A stretch of 64,000 nucleotides of DNA from Deltaproteobacteria bacterium (GCA_030595125.1 JAUVDV010000021.1:5338-69337); one strand, 5' to 3'; shown: positions 45,644 through 55,707, numbered from the stretch's first letter. The notes: generated by a model not told the origin, from the sequence alone. Numbers and translations are program-made.

Positions 45644-46198
45644 ATGGATGTATTCGAAGCCATGGCGGATCGCCGCAGCGTTCGTAAGTTTACATCGGCG
45701 CAGGTGGACCAGGCAGATCTGGACAGGATCCTGGAGGCGGGGCGGATGTCCGCTTCATGGGCCAATACCCAGTGCTGGGAGATCGTCCTGGTGCGAGATT
45801 CAAAGATGAAAGAGAAACTCGCCGACACTCTGTCGGAGCACAACCCGGCGAGGAAAGCGGTGGTCCAGGCCCCTGTCGTGATCGTGGCTTGCGGCAAAAA
45901 AGGAAAGTCCGGATGCAAGAAGGGCGAGCACACAACCGTGCTGGGTGACTGGCTCATGTTCGACGTGGCCTTGTTCCTGAGCAATGTGACTCACGCGGCC
46001 CACGCTCTTCGGTACGGCACAGTTCACGTTGGTTTATTCGATCAAGATGAGGTGGCTCGATTGCTGAGCGTCCCGGACTATGTGCAGGTTGTAGAGATCG
46101 TTCCCCTGGGCAGGCCACAAGATCCTTCAAAGAATGCGCCGCCTCGAAAAGACATCCGTGAGTTTTGCCGCGAGGAGAATTTCCAGGGAAGCTCATAA
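45644..46198 (+). CDS. nitroreductase-family protein
   Basis: RRSVRKF and SASWANTQCWE motifs typical of the NfsB/Frp fold. Confidence 0.8.
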   Translation: MDVFEAMADRRSVRKFTSAQVDQADLDRILEAGRMSASWANTQCWEIVLVRDSKMKEKLADTLSEHNPARKAVVQAPVVIVACGKKGKSGCKKGEHTTVLGDWLMFDVALFLSNVTHAAHALRYGTVHVGLFDQDEVARLLSVPDYVQVVEIVPLGRPQDPSKNAPPRKDIREFCREENFQGSS

Positions 46199-46203
46199 GC
46201 GCC

Positions 46204-47673
46204 ATGATGAAACTACGCAGACTGGCCCCGGCATTTATTGCACTCTCTTTGGCGGTGTTTGCCTTCGCGACCCCCGCATCGCGAGCGCAGAATCTACCGG
46301 CGGGTTCGCGAAACACGGATGCGCTGCGACAGACCCTGTCCAGGATCGCGCAGAGAGTTCCGGGAAACGGTGTGGTTGGCGTGGCGGTGATGGATGTAAC
46401 GACCGGCGCGGAGATCTTTGCCAGGAACGGCGACGAGTTGCTCAACCCGGCGTCCAATGCCAAGATCGTCACCGCGGCGTGTGCGCTGAAGATCCTCGGT
46501 CCCGAGTATCGGTTTGAAACGAGCCTTCACGGAAAGAGAGACGGGGCAGCTATTCGCGGGGCGATTTACATCAAGGGCCACGCGGATCCCACCCTGTCCA
46601 CCCTGGATCTGCGCAAGATGGTCGACGTCTTGCGGGAGATGGGAGTCCGGCGGGTTGAGGGCGGTGTGGTGGTGGACGACACTTACTTCGACGGTGAGAA
46701 TCTACCGTACGCGTTTGACCAGCAGCCCAGGGAGGACAACAAATTCCGGTCTCCGGTGGGCGCGGTCTCGCTGAACCATAACGCATTGAGTGTTGTCATT
46801 CGTCCCGGTCCGACCGGAATGGTCAAGGCGCGGGTCAAGCTGGATCCGCCCGGGTACGCCGTTCTGACCAACGACACAATCACGGTGGGGCAGGGTGCGC
46901 ACAATCCCAAGATATCGGCGATTTCTTTCGAGGGGCGCACCCGGGTGCGCGTGTGGGGTTCGGTTCCCCTGGGCGCCAGGCCGGTAACCTATTTTCGGAG
47001 AATCGACAATCCGTCCCTGTTTACCGGGCATGGATTGAGGAATGTGCTCGAGAAGGCGGGGATCTCGGTAGGCGGCGACGTTCGCGTGGGACCTCTTCCC
47101 CCGGGGACGCCTCGGCTTGCATCAAATTTGTCGGAACCCCTGTCCTCGATCCTGTTGGAGACGGGCAAGATGTCCAACAACTTCGTCACCGAGATGGTGC
47201 TCAAGACCATCGGCGCGCAGACCGGGGAGATGCCCGCCACCTGGGACGCCGCCACGTCGGCGGTCGAAAAGGTGCTCGAGGAGTGGGGTCTTCCCGCCGG
47301 CAGCTACACCTACCGAAACGGCTCGGGACTATTCGACGCAAATCTGTTTTCCGCGCGGCAATTCGTCAAGGTGTTGAGGAGTGTTTATCTGGACAGCGGG
47401 GTGAGGCCGGAGTTCTTGTCGCAGCTCGCCACCGGCGGTGTGGACGGGACCATCAAGTCCCGGTATCGCAAGGAGTCAGTCAAGCGACGTGTGCGGGCAA
47501 AGACGGGAACCCTCTCTGATGTCGCGGCCCTGTCGGGTTATGTGATGGATCACCAGGGGCGCAACCCCATCGCCTTCTCCATTCTGGTCAACAAGGCTCC
47601 TGGGTACGTCTCGGCATCGCGTGGCTACCAGGAAGATATCGTCACCGCGATTGCAGAATATCTGAATCCTTGA
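46204..47673 (+). CDS. dacB: D-alanyl-D-alanine carboxypeptidase/endopeptidase (PBP4, peptidase S13)
   Basis: Signal peptide; active-site PASNAK(I/L) motif (S-x-x-K); SGLFD/SNN-like and KTG motifs. Confidence 0.8.
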   Translation: MMKLRRLAPAFIALSLAVFAFATPASRAQNLPAGSRNTDALRQTLSRIAQRVPGNGVVGVAVMDVTTGAEIFARNGDELLNPASNAKIVTAACALKILGPEYRFETSLHGKRDGAAIRGAIYIKGHADPTLSTLDLRKMVDVLREMGVRRVEGGVVVDDTYFDGENLPYAFDQQPREDNKFRSPVGAVSLNHNALSVVIRPGPTGMVKARVKLDPPGYAVLTNDTITVGQGAHNPKISAISFEGRTRVRVWGSVPLGARPVTYFRRIDNPSLFTGHGLRNVLEKAGISVGGDVRVGPLPPGTPRLASNLSEPLSSILLETGKMSNNFVTEMVLKTIGAQTGEMPATWDAATSAVEKVLEEWGLPAGSYTYRNGSGLFDANLFSARQFVKVLRSVYLDSGVRPEFLSQLATGGVDGTIKSRYRKESVKRRVRAKTGTLSDVAALSGYVMDHQGRNPIAFSILVNKAPGYVSASRGYQEDIVTAIAEYLNP

Positions 47674-47688
47674 GGCAACTCCGGTCTT

Positions 47689-47795
47689 TATGCCGCGCCC
47701 TGAATAGGGCGCGGTCAGGATGACTGAAGCCCGGTGGGCTTGCGCGGAGCGCATCCTGACCGCAGCATTCATGCTGCGGGAGAAGGGCTTGGTAC
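47689..47795. repeat. REP-like multi-hairpin intergenic repeat, copy C (between convergent dacB and dipeptidase genes)
   Basis: gccgcgccctgaatagggcgcggtcaggatga...aagcccggtgggctt...ccgcagcattcatgctgcgg gagaagggc; third hairpin shows compensatory changes relative to copy A. Confidence 0.55.
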
Positions 47796-47807
47796 GCTTC
47801 CTCCGTC

Positions 47808-49457
47808 TCAGTGATCGTCTTCCGGTTCGCCCGGTAGCTTTATTGACTTGTAGAATCCGCCGCGCTCCTTGACGATACGTTTTCGCCAGTGCTCGGGATA
47901 CGGGGGATGAGTGGCCTTGCCGTTCGCGTCTTTAACGTTTCCGTCGAGGTACTTGTAAAGGAGAAATTCTCCGAGCTTCCTCCACTTCGACAAGGTCTTC
48001 TCGGATTGTTTTCTGGAGTACCTGGTGAGGTAGTTTCGCGCCGCGTCGGGCGCGTTTTTGAACATGCCGACGGCGGTTCTGTCCACGCGGGGTATATCGG
48101 ATAAGAAACCGCCCTCCAGTTCGCGCTGCACTTTTTGGATGTCAACGATCATGTCGCTGTATCGCAAGTACGCGAAGTTGGAGACGAAGTTGAACACCCA
48201 GAACGCCGAGTCCCAGGTGAAGTGATGGAAATCACCGTTGCCCACGGCGAAGGGTTTGGGGGCCTCCTTGATGCCGCAGTACATGGGGACGTAGACTGTG
48301 CTGTAAGTGTCATCCACGCTGAACCACAGGATCCCGCCGATGGGATCCGGAAGCCACGATCGCGCCTGGGCGATAAAGGAGAACCCGGTTTGCTGGGTGG
48401 ATGTGGCCCGCTCGTTGAAGTACTCCTCACCTTCGTGCTCCCAGAAGAGCGGTCGCCATCGGTAAGGAAGGCTGTACGGTCCCGCGCCGACGCCCTTTGT
48501 GAGATCCAGATCCGTTCCCTCGAAATGATCCCTCATCAGCTCCATCACATCCCTGGCGGACAATTTCTTGTCGGGAGTGATCCATAGCGGCAGCGGCCTG
48601 GCGCCCTTCTTTCCCTTGACGTAGTTGGAGGAGAAGTTCTTTGACGGCGCGATCCTCTTGAAAAACGCCCACACCCTTGCTTCGCAGATTCGCAGTTTCC
48701 TGAAGGTCATGGGCGAGTAGGCGTCCATGAAGCTGAAGTCCTTGTCTACTCCGTCAAACCAGCCCATGTCCCGGGCGAAGGAGATCACGTCTCGCGCGTA
48801 CAGGGTGTTCTTGTTGTTGAGCGGGAACTTCCCGATGCGCGCCTGGTTGGCGTGGGCGCTCACGTATCCGTCCGGAATCCTGCGGGCGACCCACACGGCT
48901 CCCCTGTCCTTTTCGCCCTTGCCGATCATGTCCATTATCCAGACCTCGTCGGGGTCCGAGATGGAGAACGACTCCCCCGAGCTGGCGTAGCCGTACTTCT
49001 CCACGAGGCCTGTCATGATCTTGATCGCCTCGCGGGCGGTTTTGGCCCGCTGCAGGGTGATGTACATGAGGCTCCCGTAGTCGACGATCGCGTCCGGGTG
49101 GATGTGCTCCTTGAGCTCCTTGCGCCCGCCCCAGGTGGTTTCCCCAATAGCGACCTGGTGCTCGTTGATGTTGCCCACCACCGAGTAGGTTTGCGGGATC
49201 TGGTCGATCACCCCCAGAAACTTGCCCGTGTCCCACTCGTAAACCTCGAGCTTTTCGCCCGGAAGGTGCAGGGCGGCGGGGGTGTAATAGAGTTCTCCGT
49301 ACATCGAGTGGGAGTCCGCGGCGTAGGAGATCATCGTGGATCCGTCGGTGGAGGCCTTTTTTGAAATGAGGAAGTTGGTGCACGCCCGGGCGTCGTTCGT
49401 CCAGAGGGTGGCCAGGAGGAGAACGCCAATAATTGTGGATATGGTGATGTTCTTCAT
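47808..49457 (-). CDS. peptidase C69-family dipeptidase
   Basis: Signal peptide ending ARA immediately followed by nucleophile Cys (CTNFL); conserved C69 blocks. Confidence 0.8.
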   Translation of the reverse strand: MKNITISTIIGVLLLATLWTNDARACTNFLISKKASTDGSTMISYAADSHSMYGELYYTPAALHLPGEKLEVYEWDTGKFLGVIDQIPQTYSVVGNINEHQVAIGETTWGGRKELKEHIHPDAIVDYGSLMYITLQRAKTAREAIKIMTGLVEKYGYASSGESFSISDPDEVWIMDMIGKGEKDRGAVWVARRIPDGYVSAHANQARIGKFPLNNKNTLYARDVISFARDMGWFDGVDKDFSFMDAYSPMTFRKLRICEARVWAFFKRIAPSKNFSSNYVKGKKGARPLPLWITPDKKLSARDVMELMRDHFEGTDLDLTKGVGAGPYSLPYRWRPLFWEHEGEEYFNERATSTQQTGFSFIAQARSWLPDPIGGILWFSVDDTYSTVYVPMYCGIKEAPKPFAVGNGDFHHFTWDSAFWVFNFVSNFAYLRYSDMIVDIQKVQRELEGGFLSDIPRVDRTAVGMFKNAPDAARNYLTRYSRKQSEKTLSKWRKLGEFLLYKYLDGNVKDANGKATHPPYPEHWRKRIVKERGGFYKSIKLPGEPEDDH

Positions 49458-49569
49458 GGGGCAGACCTTAACTTGGGGGAAGGATGCTTTTCAAGGCCTG
49501 GTAAGCACAAAGGCGCTTGAATACTGCCTGCTCCCCGGCGTCCAAATTATTGAACGCACAAGGCGGGAA

Positions 49570-50271
49570 ATGAAAGGGATTGCCATGAAAACCGGTCGAA
49601 TGGAGGTCTTTGCCAGGGGGTTGAAACGAGCGGGGACGCTGGGAACTTTCGGGGTCTTTTTCGCGTTGCTTTGTGGTGCCCTGCTTGTAAGCGGTCAGGT
49701 TTCCGCCAATGGTCACGCGATCATCGGTAGAGATGCGGTTCTCGATGACCTCGACGACGCGCTTGCGATCATAGGCCAGCTGGAGTTTCAGTCGCAGGCT
49801 TGTCACGGTGGCTCTTGCGTGCGCATGAACAAGAATATTTCAAAGCTCGAGCGCAAACTTCGAAGACTCAAAAAGCACATTCGCCGTGCCCCGTCTCGTC
49901 GACACAATGCCAATGTCGATCTTCGCCACGACGTTTTTCCATATGGCCAGCCTGCCGCCGGGCCGGTGCATCGTGTTATCGACAGGGCCTCGTTTTCTGC
50001 CCTCCTCGCAGTCATGCGTGACGAAAGTTTTGCCGACGACAAGCTGCGTGTTGTCAGGCAAGCGGCCCGCGACTCCTACTTTATGGTGGACCACGTTCTT
50101 CGCATTCTCGACCTCTTCTCTTTTGGAGATGACAAGCTCAAGGCGCTGAAGATGTTGGCGCCACGCATCTACAACCCCGCGCAGAGTTTTCGTGTTTACG
50201 AGGCTTTTGATTTCGACAGCGACCGCGACAGGGCCGCCGAGATTCTCGGGCGCAACGCCCATCGACATTAG
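49570..50271 (+). CDS. DUF4476-domain protein (secreted)
   Basis: C-terminal FADDKLRVVRQAARDSYFMVDHVLRILDLFSFGDDKLKALKMLAPRIYNP pattern; N-terminal signal/TM segment. Confidence 0.55.
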   Translation: MKGIAMKTGRMEVFARGLKRAGTLGTFGVFFALLCGALLVSGQVSANGHAIIGRDAVLDDLDDALAIIGQLEFQSQACHGGSCVRMNKNISKLERKLRRLKKHIRRAPSRRHNANVDLRHDVFPYGQPAAGPVHRVIDRASFSALLAVMRDESFADDKLRVVRQAARDSYFMVDHVLRILDLFSFGDDKLKALKMLAPRIYNPAQSFRVYEAFDFDSDRDRAAEILGRNAHRH

Positions 50272-50280
50272 CGCGTTGCT

Positions 50281-50505
50281 CGAAAAATGGGGTCACGAAA
50301 AATGGGGTCACGAAAACGAAAAATGGGGTCAAAACCCTCCACTTGACATATAGGTTTTGAGAACCTACCCATCTAACCGATTGGTCATTCTTAAGTGTCT
50401 GTGTTCATACACTAAACAAACGTTTAGCTCGGATTCTTGGAAATTTTGACCATGAAGATCTACGGTTAATGCCACTTTATATGTCAAGTGGAGGGTTTTG
50501 ACCCC
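50281..50505. repeat. AT-rich island with three ~15-bp direct repeats (gaaaaatggggtca) and 28-bp perfect terminal inverted repeats
   Basis: IR arms 50333-50360 (ggggtcaaaaccctccacttgacatata) and 50478-50505 (exact reverse complement), enclosing 117 bp at ~35% GC in a ~62% GC background. Confidence 0.6.
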
Positions 50506-50522
50506 CCCCTGGCGAATAGCTC

Positions 50523-51737
50523 CTACGGACAATTAGCCGGAACCGGCGTGCATGTGTCGTTGCGGTTGTCGTGGATATTTATCGTATTGGGCACGTAATC
50601 GAGCTGGTCCAGCAGGTCGCACGTTTCGCAGTCGAAAAGGTTATCGTTGTGCCGGATCCAGATCTCCTTACCCACCGAGGTGATCCCGCCAAGACCATCC
50701 AGGTTGGTAATGGCGGGGCTGCTTGAAATTTCCAACGCCCAACCCACCGAGGTGATCTCGCTCAGGCCGTCAATGTCGGTCAGGGCGTAGTTGTCATCCA
50801 TCCGCAAGCTCCCGGCCACCGAGGTGATCCCGCTCAGCCCGTCAATGTTTTCGAGAACTTCGTTGAAATAGAATTCCAGGCGCCCGACCACCGAGCCGGT
50901 AATGCCGCTCAGCCCGTCAATGTTTGTGAGGGCAAAATTATACCAAATACTCATGTCTCCATCCAGCGAGCCTGTGATGTTGCTCAGGCCGTCAAGGTTG
51001 GTGAGGGCGTAGTTGCATTCAATCCACAAGCCCCCGCCTACCGAGGTGATCCCGCTCAGGCCGTCGAGGTTTGCAAGGACCGGGTTGCCGCCGTCCGGAC
51101 TCATTTCGCCGCTGCTGCCGGAAAAACAGAATCCAATTGTCAAGTTCCCACCCACTGAGGTGATGCCGCTCAGGCCGTCCAGGTTTGTGAGGGCGTCGTT
51201 GCCATCGATGCTCAGGCCCCCTCCAATCGAGCCGGTGATCCCGCTCAGGCCGTCCAGATTGGTGAGGAATCTGTTGTCGCCGATGCTCAGGCCCCCGCCC
51301 ACCGAGGTGATGCCACTCAGACCGTCCAGGCTTGTGAGGGCGTTGTTCCTTGAGATATACAAGCCGCCCACCGAGGTGATGCCACTCAGATCGTCAAGGT
51401 TTGTAAGGCCTGGGTTGCCGCCGCTATAATAACCATCAATTACCAGGCCCCCGCCCACCGAGGTGAGGCAAATCAACTCGCTCAATTCGGTGCACGAAGG
51501 GCACTCGATTGTAAGGTTTCCCGAGATCGATGTGTATCCCGCGAGGGTTGCGACATCAGAATAATTGATTATCTCAAAATCGCCGCTGTACTCTCCCAGG
51601 TTGCACTCGATCGGGCCGGTATCGGTATCGGAGTCGGAGTCAGTGTCGGTCGTCCCACTGTCTCCGATGGACGAAACGTGCGAACAGCCGGCGAAAACCA
51701 GCGCCAGGATCAACAAGAGATATTTGATATCGATCAT
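50523..51737 (-). CDS. secreted lipoprotein with ~12 leucine-rich-like 22-aa repeats (LTNLDGLSGITSVGGxLxIxxN)
   Basis: LALVFAGC lipobox; TDTDSDSDTDTG linker; periodic L..L..L.GL..I..V.G.L.I repeats (receptor-L/LRR_5-like). Confidence 0.65.
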   Translation of the reverse strand: MIDIKYLLLILALVFAGCSHVSSIGDSGTTDTDSDSDTDTGPIECNLGEYSGDFEIINYSDVATLAGYTSISGNLTIECPSCTELSELICLTSVGGGLVIDGYYSGGNPGLTNLDDLSGITSVGGLYISRNNALTSLDGLSGITSVGGGLSIGDNRFLTNLDGLSGITGSIGGGLSIDGNDALTNLDGLSGITSVGGNLTIGFCFSGSSGEMSPDGGNPVLANLDGLSGITSVGGGLWIECNYALTNLDGLSNITGSLDGDMSIWYNFALTNIDGLSGITGSVVGRLEFYFNEVLENIDGLSGITSVAGSLRMDDNYALTDIDGLSEITSVGWALEISSSPAITNLDGLGGITSVGKEIWIRHNDNLFDCETCDLLDQLDYVPNTINIHDNRNDTCTPVPANCP

Positions 51738-52060
51738 CACGGCCCGCCTCCATCTGTCGGGATGATCATATCATTTTTGGGACACAAAAAACTGATTACA
51801 CGCCGATGACGGCAAGTCCCATGGCTCGTGCGGCGCTTGCGAGCATCTTGTCGTGGGTGGCCATGGTCAGCTTGATGCCTCTAATATCGCGATAGGCGAG
51901 CGCAGTTGAAAGATGGATGGCATCCAGAGTGCCCAGGGGCGTGGGAAAAGACGACGAGGCTCTGGAGAAGAATCGAGATAGACCTTCATCGATCAGAACG
52001 TTCTTTCATGAGCGCCTGCAGGCTGCGAGGGGAGGACATCGTTCTGGTCGGAATGCGGTA

Positions 52061-54715
52061 TCAACCTGGCCACCACAGGTCAATAACGGTCTCGATCAGG
52101 CCGGGATCTTTCGAAGGCCGGTCGCCGACGGTATCGCATCCGCAGCCGTCATCGCCGCTGCCGGGGGGACTCTCGATGACGGAGATGTGCGCCAACGCTT
52201 CGGCGAAGAGGCCCGTGTCATCCCGAACCCTGGCCTTCAGGATATACTCGCCGATCTCTTCGAAGGTCACCTCTCTGTTGGAGGCGGCGGTGTAGTCGTC
52301 ATCCCAGGTGCCGTCGTAGTCGTCATCCCACTTGATCTGGAGCTGGCTCTCATCGCTGTCTTCGTCCTGGACCACAACTTCAATTACCATTGGCTTTCCT
52401 GCAAAGGCTTCCCCCGGGACCAGGCTGACGGTGGGCGCCACGCCGTCATTTGATACGCCCAGCGCGCCGGCGGCGTTCAGTCTCCCCCAGCCGTAGGCAT
52501 AGTTGGGAACATCGCCCACCATGTCGTCCACGTGCGCGCCGTCCCTGATGGCCTGCGTTGCGTCGTCGCCTACGATTCCGATCTGTGCCAGCATCGCCGT
52601 GACGCCGGTTACGTGGGGACCGGCGCCGGACGTTCCACCGAACGGAGCTACCGCGCCGTGCGGGACGACGTCACCGCCGGAGGCCTGTCCGTGGGCGGTG
52701 GCTGCCCATGGGTTGTCAGGGGCGGTGATGTCCGGCTTTTGTCGTCCGTCGATGGTCGGCCCCTGGCCGGAGTAGTAACGCACTTCACCGGGATCACCCT
52801 CCGCGTAGAACCACGGTTCTTCCGGTGTGGTGGGGTGTCCGGTATGCGCGCCGATGGCGATGCAGGTCTCCGAGGTCGCGGGCCAGCCGATGGTCCTGTC
52901 ATCTGTGGCGATGCTCTCGTCCCATGCCACGCCTACTCCCCAACTGGAAGTGTTGTCCGACAGATATGCATCGATATTCAGATCGCCAGCGCCCTGTTCG
53001 ACTGCGCTCAGCAACCAATCGCCCAGGGGGATTTCACTGGCAGAGCTATCCGCATACAAGATGACCTCATGAAAACGGGTCCCCTTCACCGTCTCCAGAT
53101 AGCTATGATAATACTGCGCGCCGCCGCTCAGCGGGCCGGTCTCCATGGTCGTTGTCAGGACGATGGGATCGCCGACGGGCGGAGTCAGGGTCAGGAGTGC
53201 GTCACCTATCCCTCGGAGGTTGATCGAGAGGTTGATGTAGTAGAGTCCTTGAAGGTTTGAAACTTCGAAGGCCGCCTGCTGCGAACCTCCCGATGGGAGT
53301 TCCATGCGCGTATGCTTGCGACCGCCGCCGGTGTTTCCGACGGGGCAGGTGTGCGTCACCCCGTCTGATACGGTGGATTCATCGACCATCACGGAGGTGA
53401 TGTCCGTTCCGTCGAGTGGCTCGCCGTACCAGTTGGCCCGCTCGTGCAGAACCACGTCGGCGCCCTCCGAGAGCACCCATGTGAGTCCCGTGCCGCCGTA
53501 TCCGGCGTCCATGTCAACTGCGAGCATGAGATCCACGCCCGGCGCCACGCCGACCCATCGCCGGCCTGCCAGGGGAACATCGCCCGCGATGATGGACATC
53601 ACTCCGGTGGCGTGCCCTGCCGCAGAGAAGACATCCGATTCGTTCAGGAAGTTGGTATCAAACTCCGCCAGATCCACACCCCGTTCGTAGACGCGATCAA
53701 TCGTCTCGTAACCGGAGTAGTTGAAGAAATGGAAAACCTTTGCGATCTTCGAGGTGCCCAGCCGCGCAACCCGCTCGCCCTTGTCGAGGATCCCGTTCGC
53801 GTTGAGATCATCGGGTACGAAGAGCGGTTCTCCCAGTGCAGGGGTTTCGTCGTCAAATCCGTTGGCTGCGCCGTAGTCGCGCTCGCCGTTGGCGTTCTCG
53901 TCAATGTAAAGCCAATCGATGGCGGGTTCAAAGCCGTCCTCCCGCGCATCGACAGGGTAACCGTATTGGAGCATGACCGTCTCCGAGCGCAGCAGCAGGC
54001 CGGTTTCGTTCAGCGCGACGCCGTCGCCGTCAAGGTCGATCGCGTCGATACCGGGGGTAAACGCCTCGTCGCCGTCCACGTCGATCCAATCGAAATACCC
54101 CGCGTCGGCGCGGAAGAACTGGGGGTGAAAGATATCGGCGTTCGTATCTATGTTCGCCACGAGGATTCCTTCTCCGGTGAGCAAGTCCATGGTCGGTTGG
54201 CTTCCCCAGGCGGCCTTCAATCCTATCAAATCCGCGCTGTGATCCATCGGAGCAGGCCCCCGTGCCGGCGCGGACACTATTTGTTGCACGTGGGATAATC
54301 GGGACAGCGCCTGCAGGGCGTCGCGGTCCACTGTCGCCGGGACGAACTGCCTGTAATGTAAAATGCCTTTAAAGCGGTCTCCATCATCTTCCCCTTCCCC
54401 TACCTCAGGGGAAGGCCGGGATGGGGTTAGTTTTCGGAGGTGCGCGCCGGCCGCCTCCAGTGAACAGAGAATTTCACTAGTGGCCGGTGTGTCCAGACGG
54501 ATCACCACCGGTACCAGGTTCGCGTAACGCACACATGCAGCTTCGTCTATGGACGGACCGTGCACCATCCGGGGCACAGCGTGCTCGATTTCGAGCAGAA
54601 CCCTCGAATCCACCTTTGTCTGGATCAGATTCTCGGCGTCGGACTGTGCCCATGCTGTGTTTGCGGCAAGTAGCAAAATGGCTGATAAAGCTAGGTTTTT
54701 GTGCATCGCTGACAA
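52061..54715 (-). CDS. subtilisin-like serine protease (peptidase S8) with I9-like propeptide and inserted TSP3-like Asp loops
   Basis: Signal peptide; Asp region VANIDTN; His region AGHATGVMSIIAG; Ser motif GTSGAGPHVTGVTAML. Confidence 0.8.
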   Translation of the reverse strand: MSAMHKNLALSAILLLAANTAWAQSDAENLIQTKVDSRVLLEIEHAVPRMVHGPSIDEAACVRYANLVPVVIRLDTPATSEILCSLEAAGAHLRKLTPSRPSPEVGEGEDDGDRFKGILHYRQFVPATVDRDALQALSRLSHVQQIVSAPARGPAPMDHSADLIGLKAAWGSQPTMDLLTGEGILVANIDTNADIFHPQFFRADAGYFDWIDVDGDEAFTPGIDAIDLDGDGVALNETGLLLRSETVMLQYGYPVDAREDGFEPAIDWLYIDENANGERDYGAANGFDDETPALGEPLFVPDDLNANGILDKGERVARLGTSKIAKVFHFFNYSGYETIDRVYERGVDLAEFDTNFLNESDVFSAAGHATGVMSIIAGDVPLAGRRWVGVAPGVDLMLAVDMDAGYGGTGLTWVLSEGADVVLHERANWYGEPLDGTDITSVMVDESTVSDGVTHTCPVGNTGGGRKHTRMELPSGGSQQAAFEVSNLQGLYYINLSINLRGIGDALLTLTPPVGDPIVLTTTMETGPLSGGAQYYHSYLETVKGTRFHEVILYADSSASEIPLGDWLLSAVEQGAGDLNIDAYLSDNTSSWGVGVAWDESIATDDRTIGWPATSETCIAIGAHTGHPTTPEEPWFYAEGDPGEVRYYSGQGPTIDGRQKPDITAPDNPWAATAHGQASGGDVVPHGAVAPFGGTSGAGPHVTGVTAMLAQIGIVGDDATQAIRDGAHVDDMVGDVPNYAYGWGRLNAAGALGVSNDGVAPTVSLVPGEAFAGKPMVIEVVVQDEDSDESQLQIKWDDDYDGTWDDDYTAASNREVTFEEIGEYILKARVRDDTGLFAEALAHISVIESPPGSGDDGCGCDTVGDRPSKDPGLIETVIDLWWPG
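54381..54430. repeat. second copy of the ~50-bp ccccttcccc/ggggaagg palindromic element, lying in-frame inside the S8 protease propeptide-linker coding region
   Basis: ccatcatcttccccttcccctacctcaggggaaggccgggatggggtt; translated in the gene frame as SRPSPEVGEGEDDGDRFKG. Confidence 0.55.
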
Positions 54716-54888
54716 CGCGTTCTGCCAATGTGGGGCGAAAATGCCCCAATGTTTGGCTTTAATTCAACATTTGCATAAACCGTTCCACGGGCATTTAGAT
54801 TCTTCGATACACTTGGTTTACCATTAGGGTTTAAAATGCTGGTATCGATGTTGGTGCGAACAATGCAATTTTGGGGAAGGTAGCAATT

Positions 54889-55707
54889 ATGAAAATACTG
54901 TTTTTGCATTTGTGTCTGGTTGTTCTCGTGACCCTGTCTGTTTCCTGCGCTAAAAGCGTGCTTGAGCCTGGATCGGGCAGCTCCGATTCCGATTCGGACA
55001 GCGATTCCGATTCTGACACCGACACCGACACCGACTCTGACTCCGACACGGACACGGATTCGGACACGGACAGCGACACGGACACCGACACCGACTCCGA
55101 TACGGACACGGACACAGACACCGACACGGATACCGACACAGACACCGATACCGATACCGACACGGGTACGGATACCGGCACCGACACCGGTACGGATACC
55201 GGCACCGACACGGGTACGGATACCGGCACGGGAACGCTGGTCTGCATAGATTTCGATGGTTCATCCGCCCCGAGCACATTCTCTTCGACAACCGCTCTGA
55301 GTACGGCTTATTCGGGCCTCGGTGTGACCTTTTCGGGGCCATCCGTCGGAAGTGGCGGGGCCATTTTGAATGAAGCAGGAGGTTTTGGCGTTTCCGGACA
55401 CAGTTCGCCAAACTTCGTGGCTTTCAATTCGGGCGCGCCTCTTTCGGGCGGAGGAATTCCCATTGGGCCCGAGACGATTCAGTTCACTACACCCGCAACT
55501 TCAGTCAGTGTCTGGGTGGCTGCCAGTAGTGGAGGTACAGTTACGATGACGGCATACAATGGTGTCGGCGGCGTTGTGGACACCGATACAGGCTCGCTTT
55601 CATCCAGCGTAACCGAGTACCAGACGGCCGGAGCAGGAATCGACCATGTTGTTCTTCAGACTACTGTTGCAGTCTGGGTTTTTGACGACCTGTGTTTTGT
55701 CAATTAG
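54889..55707 (+). CDS. lipoprotein with ~100-aa (SD/TD/TG)n linker and C-terminal beta-rich domain
   Basis: MKILFLHLCLVVLVTLSVSC lipobox; SDSDSD...TDTDTD...TGTDTG. Confidence 0.55.
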   Translation: MKILFLHLCLVVLVTLSVSCAKSVLEPGSGSSDSDSDSDSDSDTDTDTDSDSDTDTDSDTDSDTDTDTDSDTDTDTDTDTDTDTDTDTDTDTGTDTGTDTGTDTGTDTGTDTGTGTLVCIDFDGSSAPSTFSSTTALSTAYSGLGVTFSGPSVGSGGAILNEAGGFGVSGHSSPNFVAFNSGAPLSGGGIPIGPETIQFTTPATSVSVWVAASSGGTVTMTAYNGVGGVVDTDTGSLSSSVTEYQTAGAGIDHVVLQTTVAVWVFDDLCFVN

